From Dipteris shenzhenensis (Eukaryota), in the NCBI GenBank assembly GCA_047967505.1, contig CM106538.1: 64,000 nt of DNA; one strand, given 5' to 3'. The notes beneath the pieces were generated by a model, which did not search any database, was not told the origin of the DNA, and saw only the letters and a list, made by a program, of their open reading frames with translations. The translations under genes were made by a program, and so were the position numbers. Below are positions 26,201-38,360 of this stretch, one piece after another. Each line of letters opens with the position of its first letter. The first letter of the stretch is position 1.

Positions 26201-28740
26201 AATTATCGAATGGCTGCACCACTTTGCATGTAAGTCAATACCATCTATTTTGAGATGCAAGAAAAGTATTTTGTCCATCAGATATGATTTGCATGCTCAA
26301 TCACGCACGTTTTTCTCCTAGTGTTATTCACAACCATCAATAAAAGTGCTCCCAGGTGTGTTATCCGAACAAGTACTTATGGGACGGGCATGCCACTTTG
26401 CATGCACATCAATATAACATGAATAGAGACCTGTAAAAATTGTTTAGGCCATATGATATGATATGCATGGTCCACCAAGCATTAAACTCCGCTTTTGCCT
26501 TAGTGTCATGCACAAGCGTCAAAAACACTATCCCAGGTGTGTTATTCCAACAAGTACTTATCAGATTGGTGAGCCACATTTCATGCAACTCAATACCACC
26601 TAGTTTGAGGTGCATGCAAAGTATTGTGCCCATCGAATATGATTTTCATGTTGGATCACAAATTATGTATTGTTTTTTCCCTAGTGTTATGCACAACTGT
26701 CAAAAAACGCACTCCCAGGTGTGTTATTTGAACAATTACTTATGGTATGGGTGTTCCACTTTGCATTCAAGTATATAACACGTAGGTTGAGGTTAGTATA
26801 AATTATTGTGACCATTTAATATGCTTTGCATGATCTATTCTCGCATTAAATAGCGTTTTTGCATCACTGTGATGCACATCCATCAAAAACATGCTTCTAG
26901 GTGTGTTATCCTTACAGGTACTATCAGATGGATGCGTAACTTTGAACCCAAGTTAATACCATCTAGGTGGAGATGTGTGCAAAGTATTGTGTCCATAGGA
27001 TATGATTTGCATGGTCTACCACGCATTATACATGGCTTTCCTCCTAGGTGTGTTATCCGGACAAGTACTTATGGGATGGGCATGCCACTTTGCATGCACA
27101 TCAATATAACATGAATAGAGACTTGTGAAAATTATTGAGGCCATTGGATATGATATGCATGGTCGACCAAGCATTAAACTCCGCTTTTGCCTTAGTGTCA
27201 TGCACAAGTGTCAAAAAACACTGTCCTTGGTGTGTTATTCTAGCAAGTACTTATTGGATTGGTGTGCCACATTGCATGCAACTAAATACCACCTAGGTTG
27301 AGGTGCATGCAAATTATTGTGCCCATCAGATATGATTTGCATGCTCGATCACTCATTATGCTCCGTTTTTCCCCTAGTGTTACGCACAACTCTAAAAAAA
27401 CGTGTCCCAGGTGTGTTATGCAGACAAGAACTTATGGGATGGGCACGTCACTTTGCGTGAAAGTAAATACCACCTAGGTTGAGGCACGTGCAGAGTATTA
27501 TGCCCATCAGATAGGCTTTGCATTGTCGATTAAGCATTAAACACCGTTTTTGGCTCAGTGTGATTCACATCCATAAAAAAACATGCTCCTAGGTGTGTTA
27601 TCCGAACAAGTACTTATCGGATGGGTGGACCAATTTGCACCGAAGTCAATACCATCTAGGTTGAGATGCATTAAAAGTATTGTGTCCATTGGATATGATT
27701 TGCATGCTCGATCACACAATATACATCGTTTTCCTCCTAGTGTTATGCACCATCGTAAAAAACGCACTACCAAGTATGTTATCCAAACAAGTACTTATGG
27801 GATGGGCATGCCACTTTGCATGCAGGTCAATACAACTTGAATAGATGCTTGTACAAAGTATTTTGTCCATCATATATGATTTGCATGGTCGACCAAGCAT
27901 TAAACTCCGTTTTTACCTTAGCGTCACGCACAAGCATAAAAAAAGATTGTCCTAGGTGTGTTATTCCAACAAGTACTTATCGGATTGGTGCATAACATTG
28001 CATGTAACTCAATACCACCTAGTTTGAGATGTGTGGAAATTATTGTTCCCATCAGATATGCTTTGCATGCTCGATCACACATTATGCTCTGTTTTCCCCC
28101 TAGTGTTATGCACAACTCTAAAAAAACTCACTCCCAGGTGTGTTATGCGAACAAGAACTTATGGGATGGGCACATCACTTTACATGAAAGTAAATACCAC
28201 CTAAGTTGAGGCATGTGCAAAGTATTTTGCCCATCGGATAGGATTTTCATTGTCGATTAAGCATTAAATACCGTTTTTGTCTTAGTGCAATTCACATCCA
28301 TAAAAAAACACGCTCCTAAGTTTGTTATCCCAACAAGTACTTATCGGATGGATGCAATCCATTGCATAAGTAAATACCACCTAGTTTGAGGTGAGTGCAA
28401 AGTATTGTGCCCATTGGATAGGCTTTGCATTGTTGATTAAGCATTAAACATATTTTTTTCCTCAGTGTGATTCACATTCGTAAAAAAACATGCTCCTAAG
28501 TGTGTTATTCCAACAAGTACTTATCAGGTGGATGCAAGACATTGCATGCAACTCAATAACACCTAGGTTGAGGTGCATGCAAAGTATTGTGGCCATCAGA
28601 TACGATCATGCATTATACACCGTTTTTTTCTTAGAGTTATGCACAACGGTAAAAAAATGTGCTCCCAGGCATGTTATTTGAACAAGTACTTATGGGATGG
28701 GTGCACCACTTTGCATGCGAGTATATACCACCTAGGTTGA
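23205..28740. repeat. Tandem satellite, ~182-bp monomer, ~30 copies
   Basis: CCTAGGTGTGTTATTCCAACAAGTACTTAT anchor recurs at ~23345, 23527, 23711, 23894, 24074, 24257, 24439, 24621, 24804, 24986, 25168 and onward. Copies are diverged, with a few internal deletions (~25548, ~27045). Confidence 0.95.
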
Positions 28741-28744
28741 TCCA

Positions 28745-31700
28745 ACTATGAGCCTGAGAAGATTGGTATCAGAAGCACTTTCTTGGCTATCTTATGTGAA
28801 GTTAGCCATGACTCCACAATCATACATGACTCTCTTTGAATCAATGCGTTCCACATAAAAACGTCGTCCATATGACCATAATAGACTTTACTTTTTGTAT
28901 TGCAAAAGAGCATCATTAAAACAATGAGGATGCATCTATTTTATAGTGTATATTGCCACAAATAATTACTTAATTATGTTAAGAGGTAAGAAACTTACAT
29001 GCATCATACATTCATATGACAACTCTCGCTCGTGCTCATTTATTGTCTCTCCATTGTGTTTGGCTTTACGTAGAGCCATTTGTAGCCAATCAAGTGACAT
29101 GTGAGTGGGGAGAAGGGCAAGATCCCATGGATATGGTTGTGCTCACCGGTGCATTACTCTGAATCTCATCCTTGCATTTATTCTTTCTAATTTGATCGCT
29201 TCATACCTCTCAATCCACTTTTGCATCTCCTTGCTATTGAGGATACAAAACTTATTGAATTTCTCCATTTGCTCTTTGCTCATATTTCTTTCAATACCTT
29301 TTCCTTGGGGAACCTTGCCAATGATGCGATCATCATCCTTGTTATGCCAAGCCTGTGCCATATCGAGATCCATGGATGCAAGAAACTCTGTGATATATAC
29401 TAATGACTCTTGCACAAGCCATCCCTCTACCATGCTTGCTTTTGGTCTTGCTCTCTACCTTACAAATCACTTCAAGGTTTTCATAAACTGCTCAAGAAAA
29501 AACATCCACCGACTATGAACGGTACCTGCAATGTCCATCGACTATGAACGGTACCTACAATGTCCACCTCATCAACTATGTGCACAAGCAAGTGCACTTG
29601 AGTTGTCATAATGCTCGAGGGAAAGTGCTTCTCAAGCAAGCATACAGATTTGATGGAGTCCACCCTAGCCTTCTCGATGCTCGATATGGAGATCCCTTTT
29701 AGAGGTATCCACCTATTTCATGTGCCCATGTAAGATATATTCATAATTAGTCTACAGATTATTCAACTTAAATTGAAGAAAATACAATCAATGCGAGTTG
29801 ATAGTAAGCATACCTCACAATACCACTCATCTTGAATATAGCATTTCTAACATCTTCTCGTAAGCACCCTTTCACTGTAATTGGGAGCATGAACTATCCA
29901 AGCAACTAACATAATCATAATTACACTAATGCATCACTGTTATTGGTACACTAATCCTACAGCTTAGAATACCTATAAGACCTTGTGCCAATCATGGGAC
30001 TTGAGCCCACTAAGCTTATTGTCCTTTGAAATTGCTCCTTTCAAGCAACGCATGTACCCTATCGGTGTTTGAAAAGAGGTAATGTCTGCTTTTGGGAGGA
30101 CAACTTTATGAACACGCACTTGGGGCCACAAATGAGGAATCCTATTCATAGCACGCAAGTCTTATTGTACTCCTCTTAAGTCTTTGTCACCAACCAAGTG
30201 TGCCCAAATAATAGCCCCCACATTCTTGAAGATATGCATGGGATCCAAGAGATGATTGATTTGTAATTGACCCCTATAAGGAAGCTCATGAAAGATGGAT
30301 AGCCTGTTCATGCCAAGAGGAGGCTCCTCTCCATTCGTCCTCTCCAAGCCTGAATCCAGTCACTTGCCTTCAAATATGGTGGTGGTGGATCAAGCTAGCC
30401 TCCACGGGTGAGATGGTCTAGAGGAAGGTATTGAGCATGACCTTCATAAACCATTTTCCTCATATGTTTGGAGTGTCATGAAAGAGCACTCAAATCCTTC
30501 CCACAAATAGGACAAGCATGGTACCCACTTATTGCAAGTCTTGTAGGAATCCTTGAATGTATTAGTATGAGACATGTGCTAGAAAGAGAGTCATAAAAGT
30601 ATCATATATTATACATTTAAAGACACAACCATGTACCTGTGCACTCTCCATATCTTGGGTAGTCATGTATGGTCCACATCAAGATTCCCTTGAGCAAAAT
30701 GTCATTGGTATGTCTAGGAGATCTGGAAATATCAAAGACCTACACTCCTCTCCATAAGATCTGTAACTGCTCTATCAAAGGTGCCATGTACACATCCATA
30801 TTTTTGGCCTTGTACTTCTCTGGCACAAGCACTGCAAGCATGAGGTGTCCCTTCTTTATTGTTAGCCATGGTGGGATATTGTGATTCACCAAGACTATAG
30901 GCCATGTCAACCAAAATGTCGAGCATAATTCGAAAGGGTTCACGTCATCCGTGGCAAGCCCAAGGTGTAAGTTGCATGGCTCCCTCGCAAAGTTCAGCCA
31001 TTGATTGTCTATGTGCTTTCAAGTTGCATAATCAGCATTAATCATCAATGTGTCATCAGTGGACCAATGTGTAGCATGCCAAGTCATCAACTGTGCTATG
31101 GATTTGCATCAGAACATATGTTGTATTCTAGCAATGATGGAAAAGTTTCTCAAGACCTTTATAGGGATCTGCTCACCCTACAAGTCATCTCTATATCGTT
31201 GTTCCCCACACTTCGAACAGCTAGCCAAGTCTCCATGCTCATGATGAAAGAGAATACAATCATTACGGCAAGCATGGATGGTATCATAATCCATAACCAC
31301 CACTGTCTCAGCATCTTCTTCACTTCATCTCTTGATGCAGGCATGGTATTTGGTATAGGCAACATCTTTTAGAGGAACCTATCGCAATTCAAACATAGAT
31401 AGGCTTTGAATAATGAGAAACTATAAGAAAATAATACAATTTCTGTGCTCAACAAATAACAGGATCTCGTACACAAGAGAGAAAACAAGATAGTATGGAG
31501 AATAAAAAATTTGATTACTGTAGAACTAATACAATAGATGGCACTGCCTCCCAACCGTGCGCTCCTGTGAAAGAAGCTTTGATGGTGTGCTGGAAATAGG
31601 AGAAGACAGAGGCTGGATGCTAAGGAATTACGGTTGCTATATCCAATGATGAAATGGGCTTCACGGTCTTGCTCTTATATAGCCACCAGTCGTAGTCAGT

Positions 31701-34700
31701 TAGGCTCAATTGGGTGACCGACCAAGTCTGCCCAAAACGATCGACTAGGGGTCAGCCCGAAATAAGCCACCGACCATACGATAGAACCGATGCACAAAAT
31801 AGAGCAACTAACCTATGGTCTCCATTCAGCCCAGAGCCATCCGAGATCATTTGAGGCTGCAAACGGGCCCTACAACTTGAGAGTGGGTTGCCCCAAAAAA
31901 TGCTCCATCTACCCTCAGTGCGGTCAGTCAAGGGATGCCTTCCCACACTTGCATGTAGCCTAGTTGGCGGTGTGCCAACTCTATCTGAAGCCGTCCAGCC
32001 ATCAGGCCACACATGGCCCCCATCTGGTGTCCAAACCAAGACCTACTGGATAACCGAGCTACTCAAATGCCTTCTCCTCATATGGGGGGCTTACAAGTAG
32101 AGATAGCTAGTTCCTGCGTAGTTACACAAGAGTGGAGCATTGATATCTAACCACCCCCCTCAATGTCCACCCGCAAGTGAACTTACTTTTTTGGCCCAAT
32201 GCCAAGTCGATGAAGATGCCTCTCCAGCAAGTCTCTTCCAAGAGCCTTCGTGAAGATGTCCGCAACATTCTCTGTAGTCGGACAGTACACCAAGTCGACC
32301 TCTCCATCCATGATGAGCTCACGTACAAAGTGATATTGAATCTCGATGTGTTTTGTGCGAGTGTGGAACACCGGGTTCTTTGCAATCGCCATGCAACTCT
32401 GATTATCACATGATAACTGTGTAGGCTTGTTCTGCACTGCACCCATGTCCCCTAAAATCCCCCTTAACCACACTGCCTTGCAAGAAGCAAAGCATGCAGA
32501 TTTGTACTCAGCCTCGGTAGAAGAAAGAGCAACTGTGGGTTGCTTCTTGCTGACCCATGACACAACTCTAGATCCAAGTGAGAAACAGTACCTTGTCACT
32601 GATCTCCTGCTGTCCATGTCTCCTGCCCAATCTGAGTCACAGAATCTGGTCAAGATGTTGCCCTTGGTATAGGTGATGCCATAATCAAGTGTGCCTTTGA
32701 TGTATTTCAGCACCCGCATCCCTACCCTCCAATGGTTCTCCTGAGGCTTATTGGAAAACCTGCTTAGTACACCAGTTGCAAAACTGATGTCTGGCCATGT
32801 GTTGCACAGGTAAATCCAGCTGCCCACAAGCCTTCTATACTTCGCTTCGTCCACCAGTGGTGATGAATCCTCGTTTGAGAGCTTCACGTCAACCTCCATA
32901 GGGGTACCAACTCTCTTGCACTCAGCCATGCCAAATGCCTTCAGTATCTCTCCAGCATACTTCAGTTGTGAAATGAAGATCTGTTTCGGCTCCTGCAAAA
33001 CTTCAATCCCCAAACAGAAATGCATCAGTCTGAGGTCTTCCTAGCAAATGCTTCATCTGCGAGATCTTCTCTTCATGGTTCCCTATTATGATAGGGTCAT
33101 CCACATAAAGGACCACGATCATACACCTGCCTCCTTCTTTGAAGATATACAAATTTGCATTAGATGGCTCCTCCTGAACCCATTTTGTAGAAAGTAGGCA
33201 TCAATTCGCTGGTACCATGCTCGTGGGGCCTGTTTCAGCCCGTAAAGTGCCTTCTTCAATTTGCAGACTTTACCTTCTGAACCGGGGATCTCAAAACCTA
33301 GTGGTTGTTCCACGTATACCTTGTCCTTGAGATCTCCATTCAGAAAGGCAGATTTCACATCCATCTGAAACACGGGCCAACTTCCCTGGGTAGCTAAAGC
33401 CAAAACACTGCGAATTGTGGTTAGTCTAGCTGTGGGAGCAAAATTATCTTGATAATCAAAACCATGTACCTGTGCAAATCCTTTTGCCACGAGATGAGCC
33501 TTGTACTTATCCAACGTGCCGTCGGGCTTGTACTTGGTCTTATACACCCACTTGGTTCCAATTACCTTGTGTTTTGGTGGTCGATCCACAAGGTCCCAAG
33601 TGTTGTTCTTCATTATGGAGCCATACTCCAATTGCATAGCCTCCATCCACCTATCATCACCCTGTGCCTCTTCAAGACACTTGGGTTCATCAGCATGGAT
33701 CACTTCTGTCATCAACGCGTAGTTGACCAAGTGTTCTTACGCCTTCTTTGCTCCTCTAATCTCTTGGACTGACGGTGTTCGGATGGTTCCTCCTCAATGG
33801 CTGGGGGTTCTCTGCCATCCAAAAGTTGCTTTACCCACTTCAAGAATGGTTGTTGCCGTTGTGGTTCTATAGGCTCTTCTTCTTCTTTGTCTTGAATCCT
33901 CCCAAGCACCATTGGGGGAGTTCGGTTTGCTATTGGTGGCGGAACTGGATGGATATCCTGGTCTTGGTTGTCTGGGAAGGAAGCATCCTCCTCCAATTGA
34001 TGCGGCTGTTCTGAGAAAACCACATCGCAACTTACAATTATCTTCTTGGTAATAGGGTTATAGAGACGGTAACCCTTCGCCTCTTCACTGTAGCCCAAGA
34101 AAATACACTTCGGCTCTTCGGTTCCCATTTGGTCTTGGTAGCATCAGGGACATGCACAAAACAGTCACATCCAAAAACTCTGAAATGTGCAACTGAAGGT
34201 TTCTTACCAAAACAGGCTTGCAGTGGAGTCATCCTGTTCACAGCCTTTGTGTAGCTATGATTCAGGATGTAAACTGCAGTGTTACATGCTTCAGCCTAGA
34301 AAGTCTTTGGCAAATCTTTCCCTTTCATCATACTCCGGCCCATTTCGCTAATGACGTGCATCTTGCATTCTACTACTCCATTTTGCTGTGATGTATGTGG
34401 CGGGGGTTTCTGCCTCTTGATTCCGTGACTTTTGCAGTAACTTTTGAATTCAATTGATGTGAACTCTCCACCTTTGTCTGATGTCAATTTCTTCACCTTC
34501 TTCCCCGTTTCTTTCTCGACCATTACATGCCATTCCTTGAACCTACTAAAAGCCTCGTCTTTAGTCTTTAGGAAGTATATCCATATCCTTCTACTGTAGT
34601 CGTCGATCAACGTCATGAAGTAGTAGGAACCACCCAAAGTTTCCGTCTCCATCTGTCCGCAGAGGTCCATGTGAACGAGCTTTAGAAGAGCCTTTGCCCT

Positions 34701-37584
34701 ACTGGCCTCTTTAGGAAAGGGATGCTGATGCTGCTTGCCCATCATGCAAGCTTCACATACATCGGGTAGATCTGAAATTTTTGGTAGGTCTGTAATCATT
34801 TCACTTTTATGCATCTCCTTCAAAGAACTAAGGTTTAGATGACCAAAACTCTCATGCCATGGCTTAGTGTTCTTCACATCCGCTCGAGCACTGAAAGCTG
34901 AGAGTTCATAAATGTTGTTGCACCGTGTACCTATACCACCGACCTTTCCTTGAAGATCCAGAATCTGTGCACCATTCTTATCGAATCGATCTTTGAGGTC
35001 CCAATCCGTGATCGTAGAAATGGACAACAAGTTCCTCTTGATATCTGGCACATAAAGAACATCGGATAACTATTTTACAGCTCCATCTAACTTGAGAGCA
35101 ATCATACCTCTTCCTTTTGCTGGACATTTTGCATCATTGCCGACTGCTACTAGGATGTCATTCCCTACCGGCTGTAGAGAGGTATACCAATCCTTCTGAC
35201 TGGCCATGTGGTGCGATGCACCACTGTCAATGATCCAAGGTTCATCCGCAGGTACATGAACTGCCTCCGTGCAAATCTCCTCAATTGCTATAAACAGCTC
35301 TATTGGTGTTGTCTGTGTGCTATTGTTGGACTCTTTCTTTACTCCATTCTTCTCATCTGCAATCTTCTTTCAGCACTCATTCTGCTTGTGCCCTGCCTTG
35401 TTGCAATAGCAGCACTTGATCTTCTTCTTTCTCTTTTTATCATCAGAAGAAGATGGGTTACCAGAGTCCTTACCCTTACCTTTCTTTGATCCAGTCCACA
35501 AAGTCGAATCTTCTCCAGTCCTCGTCTTTTGACGCATCTCCTCCTCCAGAAGCATCGCGCTAAAATCCTCAAAGTTGAGGGGCGGATTTTTGTTCTACGT
35601 ATTCAGCACTGTAACAAGACCATCGTACTTTGGTGGGAGAATCCGTATGCACCTTCTTGCTAGATTCTCGCTCGTGATGGTGATGCTAATCGCAGTCATG
35701 TGATCGTGTAGATTCTTCACCCTGGTGATGAACTTCTCTGCCGCTTTAGACTCAGACAACTTCTCATTCGCGAGTTGAGTCTCCAGATTCTGAATTTGCA
35801 TCTGATTCATGGTCTCGTACTGATTTTTTAAGACCGTCCATGCATCCTCCATTGTGGTGACATGTCGAATTAACGCCATGACGGAATCACTAACACTGCA
35901 GACAATAGAACACATCGCATCTGCATTTCTTCTTGTCCACACGAGAATGTCATCAATAGTTGGTACTATCTGTTGTCCTGCATTGGCTGGATCCGATCTC
36001 GCAACCAGCCTCATGTCCACCCCAGTAGCAGTGTCCCAAAGCTCGTATGCACTTAGGATGTTCTTCATCTTGAACTTCCAGAGTGGATAGTTCGAGCCAT
36101 CAAACTTTCCTCTTTCCCCGAATGGTGGGATTCGCAGTCTTGCGGGCTGGGCCATCTCTCACAATCTGCTCGCAAACAGAAACACACTACCAAATCTTCT
36201 TGCTAGAGTCCAGGCTCTGATACCATGTAAGAAACTAATACAACATCTGTGCTCAACAGATAATAGGATCTCGTATGCAAGAGAGAAAACAAGATAGTAT
36301 GGAGAATAAAAAATATGATTACTATAGAACTGATACAATAGATGGCACTACCTCCCAACCGTGTGCTCCTATGAAAGAAGCTTTGATGGCATGCTAGAAA
36401 TAGTAGAAGACGGAGGCTAGATGCTTAAGGAATCAGGGTTGTTGTAGCCAGTGATGAAATGGGCTTCATGGGCTTGATCTTATATAGCCACTACTAGTCG
36501 TAGTCGGTTAGGCTCAATTGGGTGACCCAGTCCACCCAAAACGGTCGACTGGGGGTCAGAGGCCACCGACCATACGATAGAACCGGTGCACAAAACAGAG
36601 CAACTAACCTATGGTCTTTGTTCGGCCCAGAGCCATCTGGGATCATGTGAGGCTTCAAAGGGGCCCCGCAACCCAAGAGTGGGCTGCCCCGGGAAATGCT
36701 CTGTCTACCCTCAGTGCGGTCAGTCAAGGGATGCCTTCCCACACTTGCATGTAGCCTAGTTGGCAGTGTGCCAACTCTATCTGAAGCCGTCCAGACATCA
36801 GGCCACACATGGCCCCCATCTGGTGTCCAAACCAGGACCTAGCAGATAACTGAGCTACTCAAATGCCTTCTCCTCATATGGGGGGCTTACAAGTAGAGTT
36901 AGCTAGTTCCCGCGTAGTTACACGAGAGTGGAGCATTGATATCTAATAGAAACTGTGACGATTCTCAAAACGAACAATATCCAAATAATGAGATAAATTA
37001 ATGCAAGAGCTAACCTCATTAAGGCCGAGACACTTGTATCCAACCACCCATACTTTGCTCGCAGATTCAAGATTGAGAGACGAGCCAATAGTTTTGACAT
37101 CCTAGCACCCTCATACAGTTGTGTTGATTGCAACCCTCACATATTGGCCTCAGACTCGGACATCACCTGTACATGTGATGTAGTGCCCCTAAAAATTGAA
37201 TCCATCATGTCCACCATACCCTCGTCATCATCTGGCACATCCGGGAGACTATCATCTTGCTCAAAGTATGAAGGTATATGCACACCCTTGCCACCCTCTT
37301 CATCCTGTCTGAAGGTTTCGTGCCATGTATGCATGCATTATAAATCACAAACTCAAATAGCATTGACTTACTGATGATCCATCACCACGTGCACCACCAA
37401 TGGTGGGTATTGGTGTAGGCTCCTCCCCATACATCTGCAAGTGGTGTATGACAATATGGCATTGATGTCGTACTTGCAATGAGTGCAATGACAATACAAC
37501 CTCTCCATAAGCCACTATGTGCTCTTAGGCGTTGGTGCATCATCTGATGGGCTTCCACTTGGAGCTTCCACTCGTCCCTTCCAT
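28745..37584 (-). pseudogene. CACTA/EnSpm TnpD-type transposase pseudogene (multi-exon), interrupted by a copia element
   Basis: Fragments LGLATDDVNPF, WPIVLVNHNIPPWL, NMDVYMAPLIEQLQILWRGV, WTIHDYPRYG, HLLDPMHIFKNV, LSGLKSHDWH, EKHFPSSIMTTQVHLLVHIVDEV..GTVHSRW, ASMVEGWLVQESL (Transposase_21/DUF4218-type motifs). GT-AG introns, many stops. Confidence 0.9.
31422..36948 (-). mobile_element. Full-length but degenerate Ty1/copia element
   Basis: LTRs 31422-~32152 and 36226-36948 (~725 bp, many mismatches). TSD GAAAC at 31417-31421 and 36949-36953. PBS GCTCTGATACCA 36214-36225. PPT next to 32153. Broken gag-pol 36155-32183 with KFDGSNYPLWK, CCYCNKAGHKQNEC, SDKGGEF, QMDVKSAFLNG, ADIFTKAL. Confidence 0.95.
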
Positions 37585-37692
37585 CTGCACACCTCCAAAA
37601 TCACAACACTAAATGCAAGGAAATCCATTAAGATCTAGAAAATAGCCACCCATGAGTTCCTTCCTTCTCTTGTTAGATTTAGTGCCCTGAAC

Positions 37693-37803
37693 TGTCGCTC
37701 TCTATATAGCGACATTATACCCTATTACATCACTATATAGCGATGCTTTTAGGATATAAAGAGTCACTATATAGCGACTAACCAGTGTCGTTATATAGCA
37801 ATG
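37693..37803. repeat. Cluster of palindromic GTCGCTATATAGCGAC-type motifs (CACTA subterminal-repeat-like)
   Basis: Four variants of CTATATAGCG at ~37702, 37733, 37767, 37791; the same motif clusters at 43753-43835. Confidence 0.75.
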
Positions 37804-38360
37804 CTGGGGGCTAAAACCCTAAACCCCGCGCGATGCCACCTTTCACAACTCTATTGTGGAAAAACAAAAGTCTATTCTCCTTAGTTACATTCGACGACCT
37901 CACTTTTCTTCAACCTCTTTCCCACACTCCTCACCCCTACCCAGCCCCTCTCGCAACACTTGTACTCCCTCTCCACCCTTCTTCCTCTCTCCTTGTGTGA
38001 AAGGATGCTTTTCAAGAAAGTGTGTCTCTTTAAGCAATGTAGGTAGTATTGAAGCATGTTTCTCCTTGCATTGCTAAGCCCATGTCATGCTTGATTTTCA
38101 GAGTTGAAGGAAAAAAAACGAGATTTAATGAAAGAAAGAAGATACTTCTTTCTTTGGTATTTCTCTTCTTCCTCTTTCCTTTCCTTTCGTGCTTTCTCTT
38201 TGTTTGTAGGCTAATGCTTGTCTCCTCAATCCAATCCCTTTGGAAAGTGGCTTCTCCAAACTCCTCCTTTCACTAATTAGTTATCTAAAAAATGGTATAT
38301 TTCCTCTCTTTTGTAGGGCAGTCCACGAAACACTTCCTTTTTCGAGCAGGATTTTTTAAG

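Noticed and set aside
24412-28681. Many 60-140 aa ORFs in the satellite
   Set aside because: Frames are not conserved between monomers and the ~182-bp unit does not keep frame; non-coding.
37815-37826. AAACCCTAAACCC telomere-like motifs (also ~57533 and ~57812)
   Set aside because: Only one or two units; telo-box-like or chance, not a telomeric array.
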